Shown here: in pieces, positions 10,798-21,982 of the stretch
How the letters are laid out: the number at the start of each line of letters is the position of its first letter
How positions within the stretch are numbered: the stretch's first letter is position 1
Source of the DNA: Candidatus Marinacidobacterales bacterium
Lineage (GTDB): Bacteria; Acidobacteriota; Vicinamibacteria; Marinacidobacterales; DATDRI01
Direction: 5' to 3'
Assembly (NCBI GenBank): GCA_965219415.1
Contig: CBDCNP010000002.1
Location: forward strand, 2,592,001 to 2,656,000
Length of the DNA: 64,000 bases
Translations under genes and position numbers: made by a program
The notes under the pieces: generated by a model
What the model was told of the DNA's origin: nothing
The model's input: only the letters and a program-made list of their open reading frames with translations
The model's database searches: none

Positions 10798-11942
10798 CTA
10801 ACTCCGCTTCGCAAGTTGATAGAGATGGTAGAGTGCGCGTTGCGCGAGCTCCGGATCAGTTTTTCCGCTTCCTGAAGGCGATCCACGACCGATGCGAGAA
10901 TGTTCGGGAGCTCTGCACGGAGCTCGTCGGTTCGGGTGGTATCCAACGTCAGATCATCGTGGTCCACTTGCAGAACACCAACTCGGCCATGAGCCGCCGT
11001 CGTTCCTTTCAACTCACGGAGTACTTCTAGGACCTTGTCGTATTCGGCAAGGGAAACGCTCATGTTCAGGTGAAGGCGAATAACGCTTTGATTTAGGTCT
11101 TCATCTCGCAGACGTAGCAGACTCTCGACGTCAGTCACACTCTCCTCACGCCAGGTCCACTTGCCGACGGTCTCTCGACGAATGTGCGGCCGCGACCTCC
11201 GACGGGGAAAGAACACGATAGCTACGTAGCCGGCGTCTTCCTCTCTGAACTTGGTTTGCTCAGGCGCGCTGGGATAAACGGTGGGTACACGGGCGCCGGG
11301 AGGCACTTCCCGGAAGCTGTGCGTGTCTCCAATCGCGAGGTAGTCGAAACCTTGCCGCTCTGCGGCGTCCTCCGCGATCGGAAAGTTCGTTTGACACCCT
11401 TTGATGTCAAAGGTTTGTCCGTGCACCATGCCCACACGAATACGATTGTCGCCGGCGGCCCGGGAAGGTAGCACCAATGCCAAGTCCTCTTCGCCCGCCT
11501 GAGATCGACACGGCCTTGCACAGAGAACCGCCTCCGAGTTGAACTCGTATTCGAAGTCATCTCGATCGACGACGTGCACCCACGAGGGGAGACCCTGCCG
11601 AAACGGATGCTCTGGCGCATACACCGAGCTGCTCGTCAGGGGGTCGTGATTTCCGGGGAGTAGAAAGACCGGTCGTGAAGCCCAGTGACGCTTTTCGAAG
11701 CAGCGGAGAAGTCCGCTCCACCACTGCTTCTCAGGGGAGGGGTCGTCAAAGAGATCGCCAGCGCACAGGACTCCGTCCACGGAATAACGCTCCGCCACGC
11801 CGAGTAACCGGTCCACAGCTTCGAGTCGCGCGCGCGTGAGTTTGAGCTCGTCGGCATCGTCGAAGGACGAGAAACGCATCCCTAGATGCCAATCGGCCGT
11901 ATGCAACAGCTTTAGCGCCACATCTTCCTCCGGAACACTCAT
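10798..11942 (-). CDS. Mre11/SbcD/YhaO-like metallophosphoesterase nuclease (probable 1-bp homopolymer deletion near 10862)
   Basis: HTADWHLG, AGDLFD, PGNHD, GDTH; restoring one A gives ...EKTDPELAQRALYHLYQLAKRS* ending 2 bp before the ATPase start. Confidence 0.88.
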
Positions 11943-14905
11943 TCGATCACGAACTCCACGGCCAGAATACGGGTCCTTTCTGGCGAGGCGTATCGACGAT
12001 CGAACGCGTGCTGCTTCCACCGCTGATAATCCGTATCGTCGCGGGCTTCGAGCTTCGCAATACGTGTTTCGAGTTCTTCGAGCTTTTTCTCGAGCTCTGC
12101 GAGCTTCTTGGTGGGCCCGTCGCGGGCGTCGGGACCTAGGGCGGCATCACGTTTCGCCTCCGACTCTCGCATGCGAGCCTTCACATGCTCTTGCTCTCTG
12201 CGAAGGACCAGCACCTGGTCATCCATGAATCGCTCGAGTTGCTCCATGGTGCGTTCGAAGTGCTGCTGTTCTGCGGCTTCGACGCGAGCCTGGTCAAGAA
12301 ATATGCTTTCCTCAATCGCGTCTTCGATATCCTCGTCCGTCACCGACAAAGGCGGCGTAAACGCATTGATACTCTCCGCCTCCAGTGACAGCACGGGACT
12401 GATCAGCTCCGGCGCGACGGCGACGTCGGTGTCTTCAAGGGTCAGACTCGGCACCAAATGCTCCACGGCCTCAACACCGTCATATTTCACCTTCGTGACG
12501 GCCAAGTACCCGCGTTTGTGGCGGTATTCGTCCAGCGGATCGCCTAACTTGTCGTTCAGCTTGAAACGCACTCGGAGGCGACCCTCTGTGGCGGCTCTGG
12601 ACTCCTCCAAAGCAGCACGAACCAATGGATGGCCCAGATGCACCGGGTCAGTGTCCTCCAGGTCCTTAGCATGTCCAATGGCCACCTGCGCGCCCTCGCG
12701 CAGTTCTTCCGGTAGAGCCGGCGATGCGGAAAGCTCGAGGAAGATCCTACCGTCCTTCGTCGTCCGCTCGAAGGGCGCGTTGATCGCGGTCAAGTAGCCG
12801 GTCACTACCTCATCAATATCCCGATCCAATTGTGCAAGACTGCTCGGTAACTCTTCCTGGATCTGTCGGAAGACAGCTCTAACCGTCTTGTCGATCCGTG
12901 TCTCGATCAGGCCTCGTGTTCGATCGATCTCCTGCTCGAAGTCGCGCCTTTTGGCCTCCATGGTTTCGCGCAACCCGCGAAGCTCCTCCTCGATCTCCTC
13001 CACCGTTCTCGCGCGTTCGTAGATACGGCGAAGTCGAGACTCGAAATCCGCACCAAGCGCCGTCGTAAGCGTTTCCGGCGTTGATGTCGACGCTTCGTGC
13101 AGTACGACGTCAGATGCGTCGAGCACCGTGCCGAAGAGGTCCAGCTTGTCGCTGAGAATCTCAAAAAGAAGACGTTCGGCTTCGTTGTCTTTGGCGACGA
13201 AGTTAATGACCGTGACGTCGTGTGTCTGACCGTATCGGTGGCACCGTCCGATTCGTTGCTCGATCCGTTGCGGATTCCACGGAAGGTCGTAGTTGATCAG
13301 AGTGTCACAGAACTGAAGGTTCAGTCCTTTTGCGCCGGCCTCGGTTGAGATGAAAATCCGGGACCGTGTTTGAAACTCGTGGACCAGCGCGAGGCGGGCA
13401 GCAACACTTCGGCTCGGGCGACTGTACTTTGGTATATGCTGACCAACTTCCTCGTCCCAGCATTCCAAAGCTTCACTGGCTCTCGGCGACGCATTATCTC
13501 CGCGGAATAACGTGATATCTCGAGGAGCGAAACCGCTCTTAATAAGAATGTCCTTGAGGTGGTCCTGTGTTGTGAGTGACTCCGTAAAGATGACGATCTT
13601 GCCGCTACCTTTGCCTTTTCTCTCCTGGATGAGGCGGACAGCCTCGAGGAGCCGTTCGGCCTTGCCGTCCCGCGGAAGGCGCTCGACGCGTTGAACGAAG
13701 CGCTGAACACGTTCGAGCTCGTCTTGGATCTTCTCTGGGGTCAGCGCAGCCGGTGCCGTCTCCTCGTCCTCGGCTAGTGGGGGTAGCTCGTCTTCGAGAT
13801 CCAACGCGAAATCACGGACGCTTTCGCTGAGACGATGCGGAGTGACGCCAGCGAGCATTCTCTCCAGTCGTTCCGCAACCTTGCGCAGACTCGCGGCCAG
13901 GGCCGCAAGCGAGGAAGCCATGAGGCGGTGGAAACTGATAAGGAGAAGTTGCCTCTGATTGCCACTAAAGGCACAGATGTTGGGCTCAAGGAGATATCGA
14001 GTCACATCGTCGTAGACCTGGCGTTCCTCCGGACTCATTCGGTACTCGAGCAAAAGTGCTCGGCGGTCAACAAAGGGTTTGTCTAAGAACTCCTGGGCCT
14101 GGCGACGAAGCGTGCGCTGGCAAATGCGGCTGATGCGTCGCCGCAGCTCATGGGCTTGGTCGACCACGAGCGACCGATCGTCACCGTCGCAGAACACCTC
14201 GCGGAAGGTTGCGAGGTTTCCAAGCAGAGTACCCGTTGGCTCGATCCATTGCGTTAGGCCCCAGAGCTCCACAAGGGAGTTCTGGATGGGTGTTGCTGTG
14301 AGCAGCAACTTGGGTACGTCGGTGAACACCTGACGCACGCGATGCGCCATCTGCGCGTCCTTGGAGTCTTCTTTGTAGAAGCCGTAGCGATCAAACCGCT
14401 TGTGGATGCCCGCAAAAATCTCGTGCGCCTCGTCGATGACACATAGGTCGAAACGCTCGACGGACCGCAAGAGACTCGAGCCCTTTTCACTCCCTGCGAA
14501 ATCGCGAGAGGTAAGAAACACGCCGGGGCCGATGAAAGCGTCCGGGCTCAGCGAGCCCTCCTGGGTCTCGATCCCAAAGAGAGTGTAGAGCTCGTTCTGC
14601 CATTGGCCCAGAAGGGCCTTCGGCAAGATCAGGAGGACCCGTTGCCAACCCTCCGCGAGCAGCTGAGCAATGACCAAACCCGCTTCAATCGTTTTGCCGA
14701 GGCCAACTTCATCTGCAAGAATGCAGCCGCCTTCTGGAATGCGCTCCAATGCGAAGATGACTGCGTTGATTTGATGAGGGTTCGGGTCGATACGGCCACG
14801 GCGCTGGGACGCCGCGTACCGACGATGTTCGCTCGCCCGGCGAAGGCGCACGAGCTCTTCAGCCTGAATGCGGCGATGGATCGGATGCGGTGTCTCTTGA
14901 GACAA
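11939..14905 (-). CDS. SNF2-family helicase/translocase with C-terminal coiled coil
   Basis: LADEVGLGKT, DEAH, LTATP, STEAGAKGLNLQ, QRIGRCHRYGQ; ATGA overlap with the nuclease gene. Confidence 0.92.
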   Translation of the reverse strand: MSQETPHPIHRRIQAEELVRLRRASEHRRYAASQRRGRIDPNPHQINAVIFALERIPEGGCILADEVGLGKTIEAGLVIAQLLAEGWQRVLLILPKALLGQWQNELYTLFGIETQEGSLSPDAFIGPGVFLTSRDFAGSEKGSSLLRSVERFDLCVIDEAHEIFAGIHKRFDRYGFYKEDSKDAQMAHRVRQVFTDVPKLLLTATPIQNSLVELWGLTQWIEPTGTLLGNLATFREVFCDGDDRSLVVDQAHELRRRISRICQRTLRRQAQEFLDKPFVDRRALLLEYRMSPEERQVYDDVTRYLLEPNICAFSGNQRQLLLISFHRLMASSLAALAASLRKVAERLERMLAGVTPHRLSESVRDFALDLEDELPPLAEDEETAPAALTPEKIQDELERVQRFVQRVERLPRDGKAERLLEAVRLIQERKGKGSGKIVIFTESLTTQDHLKDILIKSGFAPRDITLFRGDNASPRASEALECWDEEVGQHIPKYSRPSRSVAARLALVHEFQTRSRIFISTEAGAKGLNLQFCDTLINYDLPWNPQRIEQRIGRCHRYGQTHDVTVINFVAKDNEAERLLFEILSDKLDLFGTVLDASDVVLHEASTSTPETLTTALGADFESRLRRIYERARTVEEIEEELRGLRETMEAKRRDFEQEIDRTRGLIETRIDKTVRAVFRQIQEELPSSLAQLDRDIDEVVTGYLTAINAPFERTTKDGRIFLELSASPALPEELREGAQVAIGHAKDLEDTDPVHLGHPLVRAALEESRAATEGRLRVRFKLNDKLGDPLDEYRHKRGYLAVTKVKYDGVEAVEHLVPSLTLEDTDVAVAPELISPVLSLEAESINAFTPPLSVTDEDIEDAIEESIFLDQARVEAAEQQHFERTMEQLERFMDDQVLVLRREQEHVKARMRESEAKRDAALGPDARDGPTKKLAELEKKLEELETRIAKLEARDDTDYQRWKQHAFDRRYASPERTRILAVEFVIE

Positions 14906-15303
14906 GACTCTCTTCTAAACCTGTCGAATTAGACGGCGTCAAAAAGTCTAGCATGGCTCTCGGAAAGTCGTCTATTTCCACAAAGCTGCCTCATAACTAG
15001 CGGCTACTCATTCTCAGACGAGCATCTGAATAGAATCCTTGTGAGCGCGCTTCAGAACCCGACCTTGCAGCTCGTCGTTTACGTTCCCGAAGCGTGCTGC
15101 GACGGTCAGGGTATCGATCTCAGAAACTGCAGCGACTGGGTCCAGCGCGTGGTGGGGCTTGAGTCCCCGCAAGTTACCATTGTCGGTGGCGGTCCAAACG
15201 CCTATTTTAGCGCGTTGGTGGACCACTTGCCGGATCCCGCAATCTACGACGAACCAGCAGCGCGAATCCGGGAGATGATCAAACAGTATCGAGAACGGTC
15301 CAC

Positions 15304-15601
15304 CCCGTCCTGTGCCAAAACTCGGCCCTTTTGAAATAGACCACAAATCAGCAGCTTAGACGCCCTTGGAATCCGCGCAGAATCGAGGGTATTTCGCGCC
15401 GCAGGGCTGGCTTCCGACCCCTGGGCTGCGGGTGGCGAGCGACAGGCCCACCGGGGGTGCGCACGGCCGGCTCAAATCGGCTGCGGGGCAAGCTACGGGC
15501 AGATGAGAGCGCGAACAAACGACGAAATCATGCAGCCATGGTGCCGGCAGACCGGAGATTAATCAAGTTCGGTGCGCGCGGATGAAAAAATAGAAGGCAC
15601 A
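15304..15601. mobile_element. A+C hybrid non-autonomous element
   Basis: Type-A end on the left, type-C end on the right; first ~190 bp repeat 7178-7370. Confidence 0.8.
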
Positions 15602-16088
15602 CCCAGGCTTTGGGCCGCGAGGCGCTGGCCCAGATTGCGGTGCTTCCGCCATCAAGTGTTGGTGAAATGACGCTAAGACTTTACGGTGCATTAAGTTACA
15701 GCCAAAATAGCGCTCGTGACCTTCGCTGCGCGCTAAATGGAGCGTAAGCGCCTCTTTTGCAAAGGGATGCGTACACATCACCAACAGTAAACAGCGCAAG
15801 CACCAGAGGGCCGAGTTTTGGCACAGGACGGGGTTCAGGGTCGTGTAGCGTCCCGCACTCAGCAATCAAAGCGGCCGCGTGCGGTTTTCGGCGCTCGACT
15901 CAAAGAAAGATTCCTGCATCGGTTGTTTTTGAGCTATACTCAGCATACGTTTAGTCGCATTCCGATCTGCGCCTGACCCGTCGCGGTTATCCCTTCCGGT
16001 TATCCTCGAACGAAATCAACATCAAGTTTTTGCCTAGATCGGCCGGTGCCAGGCACTGGATAGGCTGATTCAGGAGCATTCAATATCT

Positions 16089-17327
16089 ATGTCTTTCGAT
16101 ACTCTCGGCCTGTCCGCCGAGCTACTGCGCGCTGTGGCCGATCAAGGCTACCTCCTTCCCACACCGATTCAACAACTCGCGATTCCACCCATACTTCGTG
16201 GTGATGACGTCATGGCGCGTGCCCAGACGGGTACCGGCAAGACGGCGGGGTTCACGCTGCCGCTTTTGCAGCGCTTGGCCGCGACGCCAGGAACGAGAGG
16301 CCGTCACGTGCTGATCCGCACGTTGATCCTTACGCCGACCCGCGAGCTCGCCGCGCAGGTGCAGCAGAGCGTGAGGACCTACGGACGATACCTACCGTTT
16401 CAATCCACCGTCGTTTACGGCGGCGTCGGCTTCCGCCCGCAAGCACAAATGCTGCGGCGGGGTGTCGATATTCTCGTGGCGACGCCTGGCCGTTTGCTAG
16501 ACCACGTCTCGCAGGGAACCGTCGATCTCTCGAGCGTGAACATCCTTGTCCTGGACGAAGCCGATCGCATGCTCGATATGGGCTTCATCCATGACATCAA
16601 GAAGATTCTCGCTAAGCTTCCGGCGAAACGACAAAATCTTTTGTTCTCCGCGACCTTGTCACCAAAGATCCAGCGACTCGCAGATCGTCTGTTGAACGCT
16701 CCCGCAAGGCTCCAGGTCGAAGCCACGAAACCGACCGTGAACAGCGTGACGCAGACCATCCATCTTGTAGATCGAGGACAGAAGAGCGCGCTGCTCTCTT
16801 TCTTGATTGGAACCGGGAGCTGGAACAAGACTCTCGTCTTCACGCGCACGAAACGAAGGGCCGACCGGCTGACACGGCATCTAAAACAAGACGGAATCCG
16901 TGCGGCCGCGATGCACAGCGACAAGAGCCAGGGTGCCCGGACGCGAACCCTCGCCGACTTCAAGAAAGGTACGGTCTCCACGCTCGTGGCGACGGATATC
17001 GCGGCCCGAGGCCTCGATATCGATCAGCTTCCCCACGTCGTCAACTTCGATCTACCCTACGTTCCTGAGGATTACGTCCACCGCATTGGCCGCACCGCCC
17101 GTGCCGGGAACACAGGTGACGCGGTGTCTCTCGTTTCGAGTGAGGAAGCAGGTCTCTTGAGCGAGATCGAACGTCTACTCGGCAACCGGCTTCCCAAGAA
17201 GGTCGTCGCCGGGTTCGAGCCCCGTCACAGCCATCATGTCCGAAAAAGCGAACGAAGCCGAAAGCTCGAATCCTGGAGGCGTTCTCGACATTCGCTGAGA
17301 CTAGCCGACGAGGCACTGGCTCTGTGA
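16089..17327 (+). CDS. rhlE: DEAD-box RNA helicase RhlE-like
   Basis: [34 protein letters not shown]. Confidence 0.88.
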   Translation: MSFDTLGLSAELLRAVADQGYLLPTPIQQLAIPPILRGDDVMARAQTGTGKTAGFTLPLLQRLAATPGTRGRHVLIRTLILTPTRELAAQVQQSVRTYGRYLPFQSTVVYGGVGFRPQAQMLRRGVDILVATPGRLLDHVSQGTVDLSSVNILVLDEADRMLDMGFIHDIKKILAKLPAKRQNLLFSATLSPKIQRLADRLLNAPARLQVEATKPTVNSVTQTIHLVDRGQKSALLSFLIGTGSWNKTLVFTRTKRRADRLTRHLKQDGIRAAAMHSDKSQGARTRTLADFKKGTVSTLVATDIAARGLDIDQLPHVVNFDLPYVPEDYVHRIGRTARAGNTGDAVSLVSSEEAGLLSEIERLLGNRLPKKVVAGFEPRHSHHVRKSERSRKLESWRRSRHSLRLADEALAL

Positions 17328-17777
17328 TAGGCGGGCCCGAGCAGAGCTCTCCTAGAGCATCCGTTCCGTCCAACTTGCGCGACCGAACTCCTATGTCGCG
17401 GCGCGGTGGTAATAATTGAGCAAGCCGCTGTTGTGATCCGCAAAAAAGAAGGGTGCTTCCGCCATTAAGTGTTGGTGAGATGACGCTAAGACTTTACGGT
17501 GCATTAAATTACAGCCAAAATAGCGCTCACGACCTTCGCTGCGCGCTAAATGGAGCGTAAGCTCCTTTTTTACAAAGGGATGCGTACATATCACCAACAG
17601 CAAACGGCACAAGCACCTTCCCTCTGGCATCGAGCCACTGAAAAGGAACATTGGTCGATGGATACCAGGCAAGGGCTCTGGCAAAGTTTGAATTGATCGC
17701 TGCCCACCGGTATGCAGATCCGACGAGTTGATTTTCATCGTTCAGAACGATGAGCTGCTTGTCGTCCTGACCCCGAC

Positions 17778-17951
17778 CGCGTCCTGTGCCAAAATCCGGC
17801 TCTTTTGAAATACCATGAACTCAGCAGCTTAGTGTCTGTGTTGGCGACCGGGCCAAGGGCCGTGGGCTTTACAATCGTCTGTCCCGAGGGTGTTATTCGT
17901 CGCAACACTGCGCACCGGTCTTGAGTTCGTTTGTGTTTTCGACACGACGGG
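17778..17951. mobile_element. A+F hybrid MITE; type-F end (CCGTCGTGTCCAAAAAYACAAACGAACTCAAGAC) also at 18766, ~27425-27459, 49075
   Basis: Type-A end followed by an inverted type-F end. Confidence 0.75.
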
Positions 17952-18890
17952 CTTCTCACTTAGTTCACTCGAAACCGAGGCCTTGCCATAAAGACAACGT
18001 CTCACCACAAGGTGGCCTTGAAGCGGTGATGGCGCGCATAGAAGACATCTTCTCTATCGACGAGAGCCACGCAGATGCCGTGCACCGTCTCGCGCGCATG
18101 CCGGCGCGCCAGAGCCAGCACTCGCTCGCGAAACGCGGGCACCAGGAGATCGCCCAACTCGTCGTCGAATGCGCGGATTCCGAATGCCCGGCGCAACTCT
18201 ACTGGGGTCGACTGAGTAGCTACGTGCATTCCGTAGATCCCTGCCACGTGCACAGTCAATCCATGTCTCTCGGCGAACGCGTTCCAAGCCCGCGTAGCGG
18301 CCGATCGGAGACGTTCCACCAAACTGCCTTTTCGTGTCGTCCCACGGCCACGGTAGCTTCAGCTCACCGCAGAGAAGGACCATCATCGACTTGGCGGCGT
18401 CCGCCAAGAGTTCCAAGCCGATATCTCAGTCGGGTCGATGCCGTCCCATCATGGCCCTGCCAACCAGACTCCAGTTCGCGATCGCCGATTCTCCAGGGTC
18501 CGAACCGGCATGTGGGAATTCCGCGTGTCTACCAAGCAACAGCACATCAATCAGGTACGAAATCAACCGCGCGTCCCTGTCGTCATCCGTCTCCCCGTAC
18601 TGCCGACGGTCTCGATTCACGTCCGCCTGAATCATCCTCCGGGTGTCTCCGTCTGCGGCGAAACGTACGACGTAAATGCAGAACCCGGTCCAAGGTGTTC
18701 TCGAATTCGCGGAGACCAGCCGACGCGGCGCTGGCTCTGCGATAGGCGAGCCCGAGCGGAGCTTTCCCGTCGTGTCCAAAAATACAGACGAAATCAAGAT
18801 CGGCTCGCCGGGACGTTTCGGAATAGACGTGTCTACGCTTGGTTGGCCGATGGAAGCTAGAATCCTAGGTCATGAGGACGCCGATCCAGC

Positions 18891-19040
18891 TGTGCCTTCT
18901 ATTTGTTCATCCGCGCGCATCGAACTGGATTAGTCTCCAGTCTGCCGGCATCATGCCTGCATGATTTCGTCGTTTGTTCGCGCGCTCATCGCTGCCCTCA
19001 AGGCTCGTCCCGAGCTAGCTCTCGGGAAAGTCGCTCTTCG
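18891..19040 (+). mobile_element. Type-C left end with the start of a probable rve integrase (MISSFVRALIAALKARPELAL)
   Basis: Type-C terminus leading into an integrase-like N-terminus. Confidence 0.6.
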
Positions 19041-19060
19041 CGCGTCTGGAGATTCAGGGT

Positions 19061-19387
19061 TTAGTCCGACATCTGCTGGTAGCCGCTTCCGGCTCCGTTC
19101 GCGTTTTCAGACACGACGGCCTCAGCGGCGGTCCGCTCCCCGTGACCGGTGATCACGAAAGCGGGCGGTAGGTTCAGCCACACGCTGGTCGATTGGACGC
19201 AACAGAAGTAGCGCTTCATAACTGCCCGCATCGAAATACTGAATACACCAGCCATGGAGCCCCATGCGGCTGTGACATATTGGAACTGGGTGATCGTGCC
19301 TTTCTTGCCCAAGTGCGGCAGGAGAGGGCGAAAGAGCGCGTCCACCGACTCCATGTCCATGAAGCTGATGCCCAGAGACGACACGAT
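19061..19387 (-). pseudogene. C-terminal fragment of a phospholipid N-methyltransferase-like protein
   Basis: IVSSLG...QFQY...VWLNLPPAFV; 5' end cut at a type-A end. Confidence 0.6.
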
Positions 19388-20819
19388 CCCGTCCTGTGCC
19401 AAAACTCGGCCCTTTTGAAATAGGCCATAAACCAGCAGCTTAGTGTCTGTGTTTGCGACCGGGCCGAGGGCCGTGGGCTTTACAATCATCTTGGGCGGGC
19501 GGGTCGTCACCATGCAGATGACCACCTAGTCGAGAGCGAATATCCAAGCGTGTTCCTGAAGCTGTTTCCACGCTACGCCGGTCGAGCCCGCCGAGTGGCT
19601 ACCGTCGCCGGCGACAATCTACGCGGCACGGCAGTAGTAGTTGAGAATACCCCCAAGTCGCTCTCGCGACACGATGGGGCCAGCGTCATTCGCGCTTGCC
19701 GGCAGAGGTGTGATGAGCTCGTTGCCGAGACCTTGGTGGTTCCGTTCTGTGTGATAGTGCACTACGTATTCGGTTACCGCTGTGCGCAGGTGTCGCTCAC
19801 TGAGAGGTACGAAGCGGTCGAGACACTCTCGACGTATGGAGAGAACGAATCTTTCCGCATATGCGTTCAGATTCGGACTATTAGCGGGAAGGCGAAGGGG
19901 CTTCACGCCTGAATCTCTCAACAGCCCACGTACCGCCTCGGTGAATAGTGGGTCCCGGTCGTGGATGAGGTATCGCTTGCCAAGGAGGAAACCATCCCAC
20001 AGGTCAGTGAGGTTTCTTGCCACCTGCTTCATCCACTCCCCGTTGGGGTCCGACGTTATCCCACCGATGCACACGCAGCGAGTGGCGATATCGATGACAA
20101 ACAGGACATGGTAGCGGACGAGCCCGAACGGGTTCACCACCTCGACGGGGAACAGGTCTGTCGCAGCAATCGCGCCCCAATGAGCCTTGAGGAAGGTGCT
20201 CCACGACATGCTCCTGCCCCGCTCCGGCGCAGGAGCGATACCGTGCTCGGCGAGGAGCCTCTTGATGGTGTTGCGTCCGAGTTCATGTCCGAGGTTCTTG
20301 AGTGCGCCTCGCAGGCGCGTATATCCCCACGTCGGGTTCTCCTGCGCCACGCGCACAATGAGCTCACGGATGTCCTTCGCCGTCGGAGGTCGGCCTGGGC
20401 TCCGGTTCTTGCTGCCATCGTACTTGACTGCTATGAGGCAGCGGTACCAACGCAGAAGCGTAGCGGGTGTGGCAACGGACGCAATCTGGGCCAGCGCCTC
20501 GCGGCTCAAAGCCTGGGCCTTGACCGCGAGCCTGCGCCGGTCGTCGTCCGAGAGCCTGAGACGCTTGCCCCGAAGCCCGGCTCGGAGCACACGGTTCTCC
20601 TCTTGCTGGTAGTCGATCACATCCTGCTGCTGGCGGTTGACCCAGCCAGCTAGAACGAGCAGTAGGAATTGCACGTGGTACGTCATCATGGATCTGAAGA
20701 TAACACCCTCGGGCTAGACGATTGTAAAGCGCACGGCCCTTGGTCCGGTCGCAAACACAGACACTAAGCTGCTGATTTATGGCCTATTTCAAAAGGGCCG
20801 AGTTTTGGCACAGGACGGG
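19388..20819 (-). mobile_element. Complete type-A IS-like element, 1432 bp, ~104-bp TIRs
   Basis: 19388-19491 and 20716-20819 are inverted repeats with 5 mismatches; single ORF; no TSD. Confidence 0.92.
19619..20689 (-). CDS. rve-type DDE integrase/transposase of element A
   Basis: [12 protein letters not shown]; [18 protein letters not shown]; C-terminal [11 protein letters not shown]. Confidence 0.92.
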   Translation of the reverse strand: MMTYHVQFLLLVLAGWVNRQQQDVIDYQQEENRVLRAGLRGKRLRLSDDDRRRLAVKAQALSREALAQIASVATPATLLRWYRCLIAVKYDGSKNRSPGRPPTAKDIRELIVRVAQENPTWGYTRLRGALKNLGHELGRNTIKRLLAEHGIAPAPERGRSMSWSTFLKAHWGAIAATDLFPVEVVNPFGLVRYHVLFVIDIATRCVCIGGITSDPNGEWMKQVARNLTDLWDGFLLGKRYLIHDRDPLFTEAVRGLLRDSGVKPLRLPANSPNLNAYAERFVLSIRRECLDRFVPLSERHLRTAVTEYVVHYHTERNHQGLGNELITPLPASANDAGPIVSRERLGGILNYYCRAA

Positions 20820-20990
20820 CTACCGTCGCTGGCGACAATCTCAAGCGTAACCGCTGACCGAGCTGCGCCTTCAAAACACAGTTCTCCTCCTGCAGATACT
20901 CGAGGATCTTCTGCTGCTCCTGGTTCAGCCAACCGGCCAGGTGCGAGACCAGGAAGATTTGTGGCGAGACAAATGGGCTCATCGCAAGCA
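20820..20990 (-). pseudogene. Internally deleted relative of element A
   Basis: LAGWLNQEQQKILEYLQEEN fused directly to the 3' hairpin region. Confidence 0.65.
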
Positions 20991-21051
20991 TCGTAGCGGA
21001 AGTCACTTACGGCTGCGGAAGATGACCGGCCGAATTTTTGCACCATAAGAC

Positions 21052-21951
21052 CTACTGTAGCACTTGGCGCTGGGCCACGAAGACGCCGCCGAGCATGAGA
21101 GCCCCACCCACGGCCGCCACGGCCCCGAACGACTCACCGAGAAACGGGACCGCCAACGCCGTCGTCGCCAACGGCTCGAGATAAAGAAACAGCCCCGCCT
21201 TCGCCGCCCCGAGCTTGGCCACCCCGACTTGCCAAAACCACTGAGCGAGAGCGACACCGCCGAGCCCGAGGAACACGAGCGCGCCGATAGCATCACCGGG
21301 AAGCGAAGCGAGCGGGGTCCAGCCTTCGAGAACGTAGGGAAGCACCAACCCCACCACCGCAAGCGGCACCGTCATAGCGAACGCGACCACGACTGGATCG
21401 CGGACCCGGCTCAAATCGCGGGTGACGATCGTGTAGATCGCCCATGTGAGCGTCGACAGGAGCGCGAGCCAATCCCCTGCCGACGACAGCCAGTCGAGAC
21501 TGCCGAGCTCGCCACGGGAAACGAGGAGCACGATGCCGAGCGTCGCCATCACGATGCCGACGCGCATGGAAAACGCAATGGGTTCTTTGAGAATCAGTGC
21601 AGCCAAAAGCGCGATGGTCAGAGGCGAGAACGCCACGATCCAGCCGGTGTTGGTCGCCGTGGTGAGCTCGAGTGCCCACGCTTGCAGGAGGAAGTGTCCC
21701 GAGAAGACGACGGCACCGAGGGCGAACGGGCGAGAGAGTTCTCGGTAGCGGAACGAAACGCCGAGCAATCGGGCGATGGCATACAGTGCGGGCGCGCCGA
21801 TGAGAAAGCGGCTCGCCACGAGCTGGATGATGCTCATGTGCTCGAGGCAGACTTTCGTCGCCACGAACGTCCATCCCCAAATGACGATCGCAGCGAGTAA
21901 GAGCACATGGGTCACGGAGAGAAATCGCTTGGAATTCACGAGAATCGCCAT
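21052..21951 (-). CDS. DMT/EamA family transporter
   Basis: ~10 hydrophobic segments, IWGWTFVATK, YLEPL. Confidence 0.88.
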   Translation of the reverse strand: MAILVNSKRFLSVTHVLLLAAIVIWGWTFVATKVCLEHMSIIQLVASRFLIGAPALYAIARLLGVSFRYRELSRPFALGAVVFSGHFLLQAWALELTTATNTGWIVAFSPLTIALLAALILKEPIAFSMRVGIVMATLGIVLLVSRGELGSLDWLSSAGDWLALLSTLTWAIYTIVTRDLSRVRDPVVVAFAMTVPLAVVGLVLPYVLEGWTPLASLPGDAIGALVFLGLGGVALAQWFWQVGVAKLGAAKAGLFLYLEPLATTALAVPFLGESFGAVAAVGGALMLGGVFVAQRQVLQ

Positions 21952-21982
21952 GATAACAGTCTCCGGAAAACCCGGGGCGGTT

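Noticed and set aside
10521-12020. 499-aa ORF as called in the track
   Set aside because: The real start is at 11942, and the extension into the ATPase gene arises from a probable 1-bp deletion.
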